This document shows, piece by piece, positions 1 through 10,112 of a stretch of 64,000 nucleotides of DNA. The notes under the pieces are model-generated. The model did not search any database and was not told where the DNA came from. It was given only the letters and a program-made list of their open reading frames with translations. This DNA comes from a virus (Duplodnaviria > Caudoviricetes): positions 20,154-84,153 of IMG/VR virus record IMGVR_UViG_3300025608_000017. The stretch is one strand, 5' to 3'. The position numbers and the translations under genes were made by a program. The first letter of the stretch is position 1. Each line of letters starts with the position of its first letter.

Positions 1-240
1 CATACTGCCAAGATCAAACTTTTTGCAATATGATTCCATTGCACGACTGCATACTTCGCCTAAACATTCTTCTGCAACACACTTTTTACCTGTGTCAACA
101 CGATCTTTCATACGCATAATAGCAGGAAACAATTGCTTGCGATAGAACATAGGATCATTACGCATAAAGATAGCAATATCGTCTACTACATCAAATGGTA
201 AACGATCATCAGTTGGTTGTGCAAATTCATCTATTCTCAT
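1..240 (-). CDS. hypothetical phage protein, 5' part (runs off window start)
   Basis: Manual translation MRIDEFAQPTDDRLPFDVVDDIAIFMRNDPMFYRK...; open to position 1; ATG follows the stop of the upstream gene. Confidence 0.75.
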   Translation of the reverse strand, partial: MRIDEFAQPTDDRLPFDVVDDIAIFMRNDPMFYRKQLFPAIMRMKDRVDTGKKCVAEECLGEVCSRAMESYCKKFDLGSM

Positions 241-241
241 A

Positions 242-805
242 TTACCACTTCCTACATGACCAATAACGGGCCTTTGTTCTCGGTCCTGGATTGTCACAGT
301 TGTGTCTTGCTCTAAAAGAACGTCTACGTGCCGGATTAGACTTTTTAATTTTACTGTCTGGATCGCCAAAGTTAACTTTCTTAACGTTTTTGGTCTTAGG
401 ATCCTTTACATATACTTTGAACTTTTTAACATCGCCGCGCATTGGTTTGCCAAGTTTGACTTTACGACCTTGGTACTCTGCTTCATCCATTTCGTCATCT
501 TCGTTGAACCACATAACACCATAGTTTTCAAAGAACTCATCACCTTCGTATGTTTCTTCTTCTACTTCTGCATCGCCGGCACTAATTTCAATATCAAAAT
601 CTTCGTAGCCTTGCTCAAACATATAGTCTGCTAATTTCTCAGCATACTCGTTTGCTTCGTCTTCTGACAATTCTCTTTGTAGAGGAATTTGAAACACTGT
701 GCCGCCTTGTGCAGTTTCAAAAATTTCTTGTTCTGCGAAAACACTCTCGTCTAACAACTGAGCGCCTTCTTGTTTTTCCATTACTATTCTTACAAAGTGT
801 TCCAT
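242..805 (-). CDS. conserved phage protein with acidic N-terminus and basic C-terminal domain (DUF6321-like)
   Basis: C-terminal KFKVYVKDPKTKNVKKVNFG...RRRSFRARHNC...ARYWSCRKW recalled from large aquatic phages; start moved to MEHF (805), with AAGGT upstream. Confidence 0.7.
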   Translation of the reverse strand: MEHFVRIVMEKQEGAQLLDESVFAEQEIFETAQGGTVFQIPLQRELSEDEANEYAEKLADYMFEQGYEDFDIEISAGDAEVEEETYEGDEFFENYGVMWFNEDDEMDEAEYQGRKVKLGKPMRGDVKKFKVYVKDPKTKNVKKVNFGDPDSKIKKSNPARRRSFRARHNCDNPGPRTKARYWSCRKW

Positions 806-830
806 TGTGCTTACCTTATTCGCTGCCGTA

Positions 831-1544
831 CTAATATTTATCAATATCGCCACAGTATACTAATTTCTCTACACTACGGATACTTGCGCCTGCAAGTAAT
901 GTTACAAGATTTAAAATCTTTTCATCTCTCAAATAGATATAAAGACCATTTAAATAGCCGTATTTTTCCAAACTTTCTAATGCAATTGTACCTATTTTAC
1001 ACTTATCTTTGTTTGCTCGTAACCAATTTGCAAAATCAGTATTAATACGAGTGCTATTAAACCAAACTTTTATTGGTAAATCTGTTGGCTGATCAACAAT
1101 TTGTATTTTAGTTTTAGATTTTAAAATATCTATGTGCTTGGGATTAGGTTCCCAGAACTCAGTAGTTGAGGTACGTAGCTTATGTGCAATATCTAATAAA
1201 AATTTCTTATTATTACTAAACACTGCAATTGAACAATACGGATCTATTCTTAATTTATATTCGTCAAATTTTCTAAGACTAGAATAAACAGTCATAGCAT
1301 CAAGATATTCATTAACATCAATTACAACATCTGATCGAAATTGCCGTTTTAGTAATGGCTGATTTTGTCTGTATTGTTCAGTTAATCTGTCGAGATGTTG
1401 TCTTGCATAACTTAATTTTTCTTTCTTTTGGAGTTCTGAACGAAAGATGCCGTTAAGTTCATTTCGGAATACCAATTTATAAAGGTATTCCGAATAGAAC
1501 AACTTACTTGATTCAGAGTGTTTCAACTGTTTTCTCGTTAACAC
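831..1544 (-). CDS. hypothetical protein
   Basis: 237-aa ORF, co-directional and overlapping the clpA end. Confidence 0.7.
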   Translation of the reverse strand: MLTRKQLKHSESSKLFYSEYLYKLVFRNELNGIFRSELQKKEKLSYARQHLDRLTEQYRQNQPLLKRQFRSDVVIDVNEYLDAMTVYSSLRKFDEYKLRIDPYCSIAVFSNNKKFLLDIAHKLRTSTTEFWEPNPKHIDILKSKTKIQIVDQPTDLPIKVWFNSTRINTDFANWLRANKDKCKIGTIALESLEKYGYLNGLYIYLRDEKILNLVTLLAGASIRSVEKLVYCGDIDKY

Positions 1545-3762
1545 AAGTTAATACCAAACTGTTACTTTTAAAATCAACAGTTACTTTACCACCAGTTTTT
1601 AACTCACCAAACAAGATTTGTTTTGATAGCGGGCGTTTAATATCTTGATCAATTACACGCTGCAATGGACGAGCACCCATTTTAGGATCAAACCCTTTGT
1701 CTACAAGATAATCAAGTGCTTCGTCTGTAACAACAATGTCAATGCCTTTGTCTTTGACCATGTTTTTAAGTTCAACAAGGAACTTTCCAACAATCTTCAT
1801 CATCACAGGCTTGCCAAGACTTGCAAATGTAATCACACCATCAAGTCTGTTGCGGAACTCTGGACTAAAGAATTTCTTAAGAGCTTTGTCTTCGTAGACA
1901 TGTTCGTTATCATCTCCACCAAAGCCAATTGTATTTTTCTCAGCATCCTTTGCACCTAAGTTAGTAGTAAGAATCAATGTACAGTTACGTGCATCTGCTT
2001 CTTTACCGTTTGAACCCGTGATCTTACCATTGTCCATTACTTGCAACAAGATTTGTGAAACATCTGGGTGCGCTTTTTCAATCTCGTCAAGTAGCAATAC
2101 ACAGTTAGGCGACTCTTGTAGCTTGGTAATCAAGATACCTGCGTTTTCTTCGTGACCTACGTAGCCTGGAGGTGAGCCAATTAGCTTGCTTACACTGTGT
2201 TTCTCCATATATTCACTCATATCAATACGTACAAGTTTTACACCCAGTTGTTCGGCAAGTGCTTTGGCTGTTTCTGTTTTACCAGTACCAGTTGGACCCA
2301 TGAACACAAACGCACCTACTGGCTTATCATCTGGCTTGAGACCTGCTTGACTCACAAGAATCTTGTCTACAACGCTTTCAATAGCATCGTCTTGACCGTA
2401 AACAACTTTCTTAATATTATCTTCAAGATTAGCAAGATTACTTGTTTCACGTTCTGCTACTTGCTCTGTAGGCAAGTCTAACATTTTTGCAATTTCAAAC
2501 TGGATTTCTTCTTCGCCGACAACTTTTTCGCCATCGACAACATTATTAACTTTAAATCGACTACATGCTACGTCAATCAAGTCAATAGCTTTATCAGGCA
2601 GTTTTTTATCGCTTTGATATTTAACACTTAGTTTTACAGCAGCATTAATAGCTTCTTGTGTAATAGTAGTTGCGTGATAGTCTTCGTAGTATTTCTTAAT
2701 ACCCTGTAAGATTTCTACAGTGGTTTCTTTACTAGGCTCGCCGATTGTTACACGCTGGAATCGACGCATAAGAGCACGATCCTTTTCAAAGTACTTGCGA
2801 TATTCCTCCCAAGTAGTTGATGCAACAACTTTCAAATCACCTTTAGTAAGTGCAGGCTTTAGCATGTTAGCAAGATCATTTGATCCGCCACTGCCACTTG
2901 CTCCAGCGCCACTCATCATGTGCGCTTCATCGACAAACATAATGGTTTTGCCTTGCTTTGTAAGTCCTTGCAGTACTAGTTTAAAGCGTTCTTCAAAGTC
3001 TCCTCGATACTTAGATCCAGCAAGCATAGCACCAATATCTAGATTGTATACTTTATACTCTTTTAAGAATTCAGGAACAGTTCCTTGTTCGATGTTATAA
3101 GCAAGACCTTCTGCAATAGCAGTTTTACCTACGCCTGGATCACCTACCATTAGTACGTTGTTTTTAGCACGACGACCTAGTGCAAGTGCCAAGCGTTCGA
3201 GTTCTTCGCCGCGACCAATAATAGGATCTACTTTGCCGCGCTTAACTTGATCGTTTAAGTTAGTTGTAAATGCACGGAGTGCTTTACGAGCTTCGCCACT
3301 CATTTCTTCTTCGGTATCAAACTCTTCTTGGAGTTCGTTATTGATGAAATCTGCAAACTTTTGCTTATCTACTTTTCCTTTTTCTAAATAGTAAGCTGAA
3401 ATACTTTTTCTTTCAGAAAGAATAGAAAGTAGAACATCTGTTAGTTCAATGTGTGTCCGTCCGGCAAATAGTGTTTGTGTAAATGCACGATTGAGTACAC
3501 GTTCTACAGTTGCAGTTTTTTTAGGTTTAAATTTAGTTTCATCTATTTTAATATCATCACATTGCGTTTTAAGATGATGTTCAAGATTAGCTTTGATATA
3601 ATCAACATCAGCACCAAACATTGTAATAACATTTACAAAATTTTCTTCACAGAACATTCCGTACAGCAAATGTTCTATTGTTACATACTCATGCTGTAGC
3701 TTTTGTGCATCCTTGATGCTTTTATCAAATACTAATTGCAGCTCTTTGCTTGGTTCTACCAT
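1513..3762 (-). CDS. clpA: ATP-dependent Clp protease ATP-binding subunit ClpA
   Basis: Clp N-domain (HEYVTIEHLL), two AAA+ modules (GDPGVGKT, GPTGTGKT), pore loops GSKYRG and GYVG, IGF docking loop (NTIGF). Confidence 0.95.
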   Translation of the reverse strand: MVEPSKELQLVFDKSIKDAQKLQHEYVTIEHLLYGMFCEENFVNVITMFGADVDYIKANLEHHLKTQCDDIKIDETKFKPKKTATVERVLNRAFTQTLFAGRTHIELTDVLLSILSERKSISAYYLEKGKVDKQKFADFINNELQEEFDTEEEMSGEARKALRAFTTNLNDQVKRGKVDPIIGRGEELERLALALGRRAKNNVLMVGDPGVGKTAIAEGLAYNIEQGTVPEFLKEYKVYNLDIGAMLAGSKYRGDFEERFKLVLQGLTKQGKTIMFVDEAHMMSGAGASGSGGSNDLANMLKPALTKGDLKVVASTTWEEYRKYFEKDRALMRRFQRVTIGEPSKETTVEILQGIKKYYEDYHATTITQEAINAAVKLSVKYQSDKKLPDKAIDLIDVACSRFKVNNVVDGEKVVGEEEIQFEIAKMLDLPTEQVAERETSNLANLEDNIKKVVYGQDDAIESVVDKILVSQAGLKPDDKPVGAFVFMGPTGTGKTETAKALAEQLGVKLVRIDMSEYMEKHSVSKLIGSPPGYVGHEENAGILITKLQESPNCVLLLDEIEKAHPDVSQILLQVMDNGKITGSNGKEADARNCTLILTTNLGAKDAEKNTIGFGGDDNEHVYEDKALKKFFSPEFRNRLDGVITFASLGKPVMMKIVGKFLVELKNMVKDKGIDIVVTDEALDYLVDKGFDPKMGARPLQRVIDQDIKRPLSKQILFGELKTGGKVTVDFKSNSLVLTCVNEKTVETL

Positions 3763-3766
3763 AATA

Positions 3767-4570
3767 TTATAGTTCCTTTTTGATATCTTGTATTTTGTTT
3801 AGTACTGAATTATCAGTTATTTTTGGTATCTTTGCATCAATTGTGACATATAAATTGCCACGTTTCCCGCTTCTCATATTAGGCACACCGTATCCGGGTA
3901 TACTAAATGTAGTACCGATCTGTGTTCCTTGCGGGATCTTAAGTTCTAGTTTTTTATTCTCTAACGTTGTAATTATTATAACACAACCCAACAATAAGTC
4001 AAATACATTTACGTCTTTTTTAACAATTAAGTTATCGTTGTCTCTGTCCCAATTTTTTTGTTTAGTAACAAAAATTCTGACTTGTAAATTTCCTCTAGGA
4101 TATCTAGGATGTCCTTCGTCGCCTAGACCTTCGTATTGTACAGTGTCACCGTGCTTTGCGCCAGCTGGCACTTCAACTGTAACTGTCTCTAATCTGCCTG
4201 TGCTTAGTTGATACTGAATAATGAGACTTTTTCCTGTTAAAACATCCTTTAAATCTATTTTTGCTTGTACAGTAATATCTCTGTTACGAGGAGTTTGTCT
4301 CTGTTGACCAAATCCTTGACTGAACATATGTTCAAACGGTGACCCTCTAAATGGATTTTGCTGTTGATTTTGAAATGGATTATGTGGATGATCGTATGCA
4401 TCACGTTTGTCACTGTTACTCAGTACTTCGTATGCACTTTGTACTTTAATAAACTCATCTTGATTCCCACCACGATCAGGGTGATGTTGCATACTTTTTT
4501 TCTTGTATGCTTTTTTTATTTCTTCTGGTGTGGCGTTTCTATTAACGCCCAAGATAGAGTAATAGTCCAT
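3767..4570 (-). CDS. dnaJ: DnaJ-class co-chaperone (CbpA-like, no zinc finger)
   Basis: J-domain MDYYSILGV...HHPDRGG; DnaJ C-terminal domain (VPAGAKHG, GNLYVTI). Confidence 0.92.
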   Translation of the reverse strand: MDYYSILGVNRNATPEEIKKAYKKKSMQHHPDRGGNQDEFIKVQSAYEVLSNSDKRDAYDHPHNPFQNQQQNPFRGSPFEHMFSQGFGQQRQTPRNRDITVQAKIDLKDVLTGKSLIIQYQLSTGRLETVTVEVPAGAKHGDTVQYEGLGDEGHPRYPRGNLQVRIFVTKQKNWDRDNDNLIVKKDVNVFDLLLGCVIIITTLENKKLELKIPQGTQIGTTFSIPGYGVPNMRSGKRGNLYVTIDAKIPKITDNSVLNKIQDIKKEL

Positions 4571-4617
4571 ACATTTACTTATCGTATGGACTATTATAGT
4601 TTATTAGTAGTGATTAG

Positions 4618-5073
4618 TTACTTGCCTTTGCCTTTGTATGCTTGTGCACCAAAGAACGCTGCAACAATACCAGCAACAGCAACAAAATATGTTGGTGCCA
4701 TGCTGCCTAATACCTTTGCTGCTTCTCCAAGTCCTGCAAAGCTTGCGCCTACAACTGCAAATGGATACAATAGTAGTCCAAATAGTGCAAACCATGTCAT
4801 ACTACGCTGTGCATCACGCATAGCATCTGCATCTTCAAGTTCTTTACGTTTAAACTCTAAGTGCATTTCCATTTCTTCTTTTGAAATGTGTCCATCACCG
4901 TTCATATCAGCACCGCCAATAGCACCACTATCAATAGTCATTGTGCCTGCAGGTCTTTCGTATGAAATTTCTGGTGCTGCTGCTGGAGCAGGTGCCGCTG
5001 TTGGAGCTGCTGCTGGAGCTGCTGCTGGAGCTGCTGCTTTGCTTTTTAATTCGTCTGGCTTTTTACGTGGCAT
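4618..5073 (-). CDS. membrane protein with EF-hand loop and two TM helices (holin/lysis regulator candidate)
   Basis: Ala/Pro linker, DMNGDGHISKEE loop, two hydrophobic segments; last gene of the lysis cassette. Confidence 0.7.
   Translation of the reverse strand: MPRKKPDELKSKAAAPAAAPAAAPTAAPAPAAAPEISYERPAGTMTIDSGAIGGADMNGDGHISKEEMEMHLEFKRKELEDADAMRDAQRSMTWFALFGLLLYPFAVVGASFAGLGEAAKVLGSMAPTYFVAVAGIVAAFFGAQAYKGKGK
5002..5037. repeat. 3 x 12-bp tandem repeat (TGGAGCTGCTGC) encoding an AAAP linker
   Basis: Seen directly in the sequence. Confidence 0.9.
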
Positions 5074-5074
5074 A

Positions 5075-5350
5075 TTATTTTCCCTCTAGTTTTTTAATAC
5101 GAGCTTCTAACTCGTCTACTTTTTTAGTTACTTTAGGATATCTTTTACGCCATGCTTCCGGATCGTCTTGTAGGAAATCCCAACCAAAACGATCTACTAA
5201 ACTATCTAGTAGTGCATCAAATTTTGACATTAAATAAAGTGCTGCGTGTGTATTTCTAAACCACGCTAAAAATGCTGCCCCAAGCACTGATCCAGCAATA
5301 GCTGTGTAGATCCACAGCGTATCGCCAAACATGCGATAAATCATATCCAT
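5075..5350 (-). CDS. small membrane protein with one N-terminal TM (holin/antiholin candidate)
   Basis: LWIYTAIAGSVLGAAFLAWF hydrophobic segment; basic C-terminus; lies in the lysis cassette. Confidence 0.7.
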   Translation of the reverse strand: MDMIYRMFGDTLWIYTAIAGSVLGAAFLAWFRNTHAALYLMSKFDALLDSLVDRFGWDFLQDDPEAWRKRYPKVTKKVDELEARIKKLEGK

Positions 5351-5383
5351 AGTAAACCCTCTCGTTACTATGAATATTTATCT

Positions 5384-5848
5384 TTAGTTAAATGGATTTA
5401 GGTCTATGCCGCTCTTAGCAGCTTCTACAGCAGCCGCTTCTTCTTGGGCTTTGCGTTGTAGCTCTGCATCTTCTAGAGCTTTTGTAGACGCTTTGTAGTA
5501 GTTGTCGTAAGCCAGTATAATTTGTTGTTGCTGTTGTACCAGCGCACGAATGTCTGAGAAGTTTAAGCCAAGATTTTCATAACCTTGTGCTGTTAATACA
5601 AATATAGCCAGAGGAGCGCCGCCTGCTGTTAGTTGAGCAAGTTTTTCATCCATATTTTCTTCGTTAATAACAATCCACTCGATACGGCGCATGTTGACTT
5701 GATCAACATCTGGCAGTACTAGTTCAGGTTTATCAATTGGCTTCGACGTTACTTGTATTGTTTGCGGGGTCGTTGAGCAAGCCGCGAGCCCTAAAACTAT
5801 CATAAAGCCAAGGACACTCTTTGTTAAAAGATTCGCCGTTAGTTGCAT
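5384..5848 (-). CDS. outer-membrane lipoprotein, o-spanin
   Basis: Lipobox LGLAA-C; Pro-rich start; overlaps the 3' end of the i-spanin candidate by 116 bp. Confidence 0.8.
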   Translation of the reverse strand: MQLTANLLTKSVLGFMIVLGLAACSTTPQTIQVTSKPIDKPELVLPDVDQVNMRRIEWIVINEENMDEKLAQLTAGGAPLAIFVLTAQGYENLGLNFSDIRALVQQQQQIILAYDNYYKASTKALEDAELQRKAQEEAAAVEAAKSGIDLNPFN

Positions 5849-6236
5849 TTTTCTCTTCCTCTGTTAGTGCAGCATTTGATAATAACTCGAAACATCTACT
5901 TGCATTTGCTGTACCTCTATTAACAGCACGTTCAATTGACTCTGGCTTATTTGCTGCTAATAGCCCCAAGTCAAAATCTGCAAGTTTACTTGCTAATCTA
6001 TTGTTCTGTTGACGAATGGCAGCAAACTCACTATTAACTCTTTTGAGTTCTTCGTTAGCTGCTGCAAAATCTGCTGCCATTGTCTTGATAGTTTCTTCGT
6101 TTGTAGCTACTGCCATTTCTAATTTAGCATTGTTTTCTGTAAGTACAGCAATAGTCTTCTGTGTATCTGTGTAATACCAGTATCCTATACCACCCATAGT
6201 CATAATAACAATTAAAAGTATTCCTGACAGTTTCAT
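5733..6236 (-). CDS. inner-membrane spanin (i-spanin)
   Basis: N-terminal TM, long coiled coil, two C-terminal Cys; sits between endolysin and lipoprotein. Confidence 0.8.
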   Translation of the reverse strand: MKLSGILLIVIMTMGGIGYWYYTDTQKTIAVLTENNAKLEMAVATNEETIKTMAADFAAANEELKRVNSEFAAIRQQNNRLASKLADFDLGLLAANKPESIERAVNRGTANASRCFELLSNAALTEEEKNATNGESFNKECPWLYDSFRARGLLNDPANNTSNVEAN

Positions 6237-6239
6237 AAT

Positions 6240-7088
6240 TTAGCCCTCAAACATAAGTTTTAGACTTGCAGGTCCCATAATACCGTCCGGTGTTAGTCCG
6301 TTTTCTTCCTGCCAAGCCTTTACGTGTGCTTCTGTGCCTTTACCAAAGATACCGTCTGCACCTATTTCCAATTCTTCTTGTACTGCTGCAACAGTTGGTC
6401 CTCTTGAACCTACACGCACTGTTTCATATACAATAGCAGCCGGATCAAAGTCACCGCCTAGTACATGCATAGCATGCTCATAGTGCTTTTCACGATCCTC
6501 TAAGCCAATGTAGCCACCGTTGATACGTTTTGTAGCACCTTTAACATCACAAGCATCTGCATACTTGTTGATATTGTTTGTATCCCAGAACCAGCAAGCA
6601 CTATCAAGTGCGCCTTTTTTAGTGCGTACATATTCGACAGCTTCTTCTGGCGACATTTCCATTTCTTCACCAAATTTAGTGTAGTTGTATCTGCCTGTCA
6701 ACTGTAGTATGCCGCCGCCTCTAAAGCGCCATCCATCGCCACTATCTGTATCGCCGTTGTCCATTCTATCTGCATAGATTACATTTGCAATTTTACGTGG
6801 CTGTCTGTGATATTCTTGTGCATCTCTACCAGCACGTTTAAAATACTTACCAAACAGAGCATCAAGTGCTTTAGCTGAGTAGTTTAGGTTTTCAGTTAGT
6901 ACTTTAAAGTTGTTTGATTCGTGTCCGCACTGTGCAATAAACATTGCCACACGCTCTGGTGTATCTACTTCCCATAGAGGGAGGATTTCGCACATTGCGT
7001 CATACCAGTCTTCTGCTTCTTCGTTACCACGAAGCATCTCAATTACCATTTCTTCGGTAAATTCAAATTCAAAATCTTCAGCTGCCAT
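6240..7088 (-). CDS. endolysin: GH19 chitinase-like domain plus C-terminal peptidoglycan-binding domain
   Basis: FIAQCGHES, FRGGGILQLTGRYNY, INGGYIGLEDR; C-terminal GSRGPTVAAVQ...ADGIFG...DGIMGP. Confidence 0.92.
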   Translation of the reverse strand: MAAEDFEFEFTEEMVIEMLRGNEEAEDWYDAMCEILPLWEVDTPERVAMFIAQCGHESNNFKVLTENLNYSAKALDALFGKYFKRAGRDAQEYHRQPRKIANVIYADRMDNGDTDSGDGWRFRGGGILQLTGRYNYTKFGEEMEMSPEEAVEYVRTKKGALDSACWFWDTNNINKYADACDVKGATKRINGGYIGLEDREKHYEHAMHVLGGDFDPAAIVYETVRVGSRGPTVAAVQEELEIGADGIFGKGTEAHVKAWQEENGLTPDGIMGPASLKLMFEG

Positions 7089-7097
7089 TTTCTATCC

Positions 7098-7832
7098 TTA
7101 TAATATAATGCGTTCAAGTACTAAAGTTTGATCATCGTTTTCAAACGTTAGCTTACTGCCATATTTAGTAATGTTGTAGTCGCCAATGTACTTAGAAAGG
7201 AAAATAATTTCACTAAAGTCGTTTGCATTAAAGGATTCAGTAATAGAATCAAGTGTTTTTTGTGTAGGCCCAAAGTCTACAAATTTAAATGCAATTGGAT
7301 CTGCCCATGCTTTTTTAATAGTGAGCATGTCTCCCCACATGGTTACGTTTTCAACCATGCTCTTGTTAAAGAAATTTGTATAGTTGTTTAGAGACTCTGA
7401 CAAGTCGCCGCGAATGTCACTATCCACACCGTATAGGTCTGCTTCAAGTGGAATTGTTTCTTCAAGTTCTTCAAGTGTTAAAGGCTTACTGCGGAACTCT
7501 TTGTAGTAGCGAAATTTAATATCTCCCATTCCAGTTAGATTTTCCAAACCATTAGCCAGTTCCATAATTTGCTCACCAACAGCATCGTCTCTTTCAATTT
7601 CAACAAACACTTTATATGTGCCATCTGCTTGTTCGCCACTAGTAGCGTCAGCGTCAAGTACAAATGTGTATCCGCGTTCCATGAAACTTGCTAAATCATC
7701 GGCACTTTCTTTGGTCTTAGTAGCAAATGCAACAGTAACAATGTCCTTGTCAGCGCCCATTTTACTTTTGTAGCCGTCTATTTCTAAAATGTCGTCTACT
7801 AGGTCTTTTAAGTCGTATTGTTGCAAGCTCAT
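7098..7832 (-). CDS. conserved jumbo-phage hypothetical protein
   Basis: 244-aa acidic ORF translationally coupled to the upstream gene. Confidence 0.75.
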   Translation of the reverse strand: MSLQQYDLKDLVDDILEIDGYKSKMGADKDIVTVAFATKTKESADDLASFMERGYTFVLDADATSGEQADGTYKVFVEIERDDAVGEQIMELANGLENLTGMGDIKFRYYKEFRSKPLTLEELEETIPLEADLYGVDSDIRGDLSESLNNYTNFFNKSMVENVTMWGDMLTIKKAWADPIAFKFVDFGPTQKTLDSITESFNANDFSEIIFLSKYIGDYNITKYGSKLTFENDDQTLVLERIIL

Positions 7833-8344
7833 TATATTCCTGCCTCCGCTGCTGGATCTGCTGCAACATCTGCAGGTTGCGCTTCTGGTGTGGGCTCAGG
7901 TGATTGTGTAGGATCAATAAATGCTGCTTCGATATAACCTGTGTAAATATCTGCAATTAGTTTTTTAGGCATCTGAATTTCAACAATCCAAATTGGACGT
8001 CTATCTAGTTTGCCTTTTTTAGTACCTGGACGAATATCATCTTGTTTTTCAATTTTGCGCGGTTCAACAATATGACTTTTCTTGTATTTTACTTTACAGT
8101 CATAATCTAATAGACGTTTTCCACCCATTGGATCCGGCATGTTCTCAGCATCCCAAAAGAAACTACAAGTAACCCAATGTCTTTCAATTTTTGGACCTTC
8201 GGCTATTTCGCCATCTTTCCAGTTTTTGTAAACATAGATATCCAACTCATCCAACACCCGTTCAAAGTCCTTTAGTACATTGAAGGAAGTATTCGAATCA
8301 TAGATAGATTCTACATTTTTAATAATATCTAAAACGTCATGCAT
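7832..8344 (-). CDS. conserved jumbo-phage hypothetical protein
   Basis: 170-aa ORF; late-type motif GATAAATA upstream (8373-8380). Confidence 0.75.
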   Translation of the reverse strand: MHDVLDIIKNVESIYDSNTSFNVLKDFERVLDELDIYVYKNWKDGEIAEGPKIERHWVTCSFFWDAENMPDPMGGKRLLDYDCKVKYKKSHIVEPRKIEKQDDIRPGTKKGKLDRRPIWIVEIQMPKKLIADIYTGYIEAAFIDPTQSPEPTPEAQPADVAADPAAEAGI

Positions 8345-8505
8345 ATTTAAAGTCCAGTCTCTTTACTATACTTATTTATCGCAGTTTAGGAGTTAAGTTA
8401 TATTTTTATTCTGGCATCTCGATGATAAGTAATTGTGTAGGGAAGATATTTTCCGTACTGGAAAATAAAGTCCTTGCTAAATTATCCCACCAAGGAGGAC
8501 ACTTA

Positions 8506-9234
8506 ATGGGTGCTAAGAGAAAAGCTGCTGAAAAGCGCAATTCAAACAAAGGCTACAACAATGTAGTCGATATTAAACCATTCCAAAAGCCTAAAAAACA
8601 GGTTGAAATACTTCCAAGAAATAGAAATCAAGAAAGCTACGTGTTATCACTGCTCGATCAAACGAAAGACATAGTCTTTGGCATCGGTCCAGCAGGAACT
8701 GGCAAAACTCTATTGGCTGTGCAAGTAGCTGTCAAAATGTTTAAAGAAGGTGCTGTTGACAAGATTATTGTTACACGCCCGGCTGTTTCGGTTGACGAAG
8801 ATTTAGGATTCTTACCAGGTACGCTAGAAGAAAAAATGGCACCATGGACAAGACCTATCTTTGACGTACTAAAAGAGTATTTTAGTGCAGCTGAGATCAC
8901 TGGAATGATTCAGGAAGGCATCATTGAAATATCACCATTAGCATATATGCGTGGTAGAACTTTCAAGCGTTCGTTTATTTTAGCAGACGAAATGCAGAAC
9001 GCAACACCAAACCAGATGAAGATGTTGTTAACACGTCTAGGCGAAGAGTCTATGATGGCAGTAACAGGCGATCTCAATCAAGCAGATAGATTAAAAGATA
9101 ATGGCTTAATTGATTTTACTAATCGATTAGAAAACGGCAATCAATCATGTTTGGACATAGTCCACTTTGCGCAAGGAGATATCGAAAGACACGCAGCAGT
9201 TAAGGCTGTCCTTCAAGTTTATGGTGATGAATAA
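8506..9234 (+). CDS. phoH: PhoH-like ATPase
   Basis: GPAGTGKT, RPAV, LGFLPG, YMRGRTF, DEMQN, GDLNQAD; start set at MGAK after AAGGAGG. Confidence 0.95.
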   Translation: MGAKRKAAEKRNSNKGYNNVVDIKPFQKPKKQVEILPRNRNQESYVLSLLDQTKDIVFGIGPAGTGKTLLAVQVAVKMFKEGAVDKIIVTRPAVSVDEDLGFLPGTLEEKMAPWTRPIFDVLKEYFSAAEITGMIQEGIIEISPLAYMRGRTFKRSFILADEMQNATPNQMKMLLTRLGEESMMAVTGDLNQADRLKDNGLIDFTNRLENGNQSCLDIVHFAQGDIERHAAVKAVLQVYGDE

Positions 9235-9652
9235 CTTCAACATCTGACTTGTTCAAAAAATCAATGCCCTGTGTGCTACGATATTCATTTTTGTAGTACA
9301 CAGTGGCTATTCCACTTTGATATATTAGTTTAGCACAGTCAATACAAGGCTGGTGTGTAACAAACATTGTTGCACCCTCTCCGCTTTCGGGACTTTTTGC
9401 TAGTTTAGCAATTGCGTTAGACTCGGCATGTAGTACTTCTGGTTTAGACTTTAGAATAGTATTGCCCCAATCGTCCTCACCATTCCATTCTTCGCAACAG
9501 TTGTCCCATCCTGCGGGCATGCCGTTATATCCAATAGATATAATACGATCATCCTTAACAACAATAGCGCCCACTTGTAGACGCTGTGCTGAACTTAGTT
9601 GTGCAAAACGTTCTGCAACGTCCATGTATGCTTCAATAAACTTAGGTTTCAT
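9200..9652 (-). CDS. dCMP deaminase
   Basis: IGYNGMPAG, HAESNAI, PCIDC; start by ATGA overlap at 9652. Confidence 0.93.
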   Translation of the reverse strand: MKPKFIEAYMDVAERFAQLSSAQRLQVGAIVVKDDRIISIGYNGMPAGWDNCCEEWNGEDDWGNTILKSKPEVLHAESNAIAKLAKSPESGEGATMFVTHQPCIDCAKLIYQSGIATVYYKNEYRSTQGIDFLNKSDVEVIHHHKLEGQP

Positions 9653-9888
9653 TTTGACCATTCCAATATAAACATTGTTAATAATTTGTCTGTAGGTAAG
9701 ATTAAAGTCATGCCCTGCATCTTGCATTTATTCTTAGAGCACCATGCTAATAGTTTATCGACAGTTTCTTCAGCACCCCAAAACTTGTAGTCTGTTAGAA
9801 TTATTAAGTGTCCAGGGTCTTCGTGAAGCACACTGTCTGCTATAATGAATCGATTGATTTTCCAATCTGCAAGTATGTCTTCATTCAT
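9649..9888 (-). CDS. hypothetical protein
   Basis: ATGA coupling at both ends (start MNEDIL). Confidence 0.65.
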   Translation of the reverse strand: MNEDILADWKINRFIIADSVLHEDPGHLIILTDYKFWGAEETVDKLLAWCSKNKCKMQGMTLILPTDKLLTMFILEWSK

Positions 9889-10112
9889 TTTAACAACATT
9901 AATAGGTATTCGTGTTTTGTGTATATTAGAGGCCAACTCCACCCTTTGATAGGGGGACGTCCGTTTTGATCATATAGTATATGCACAATATGGTATTTTG
10001 TTAACCATATACGTTTTTTGCTAAAACTACTGTAAACAGGCAACCAAGCAAACTTTTCTTCATGTCGCTCTTGGTCGTTTAGCTTACTGCCGTAGTAACC
10101 ATGTCCCATCAT
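9885..10112 (-). CDS. small conserved phage protein
   Basis: 75-aa ORF with FAWLPV...IWL motif; coupled overlaps. Confidence 0.65.
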   Translation of the reverse strand: MMGHGYYGSKLNDQERHEEKFAWLPVYSSFSKKRIWLTKYHIVHILYDQNGRPPIKGWSWPLIYTKHEYLLMLLK

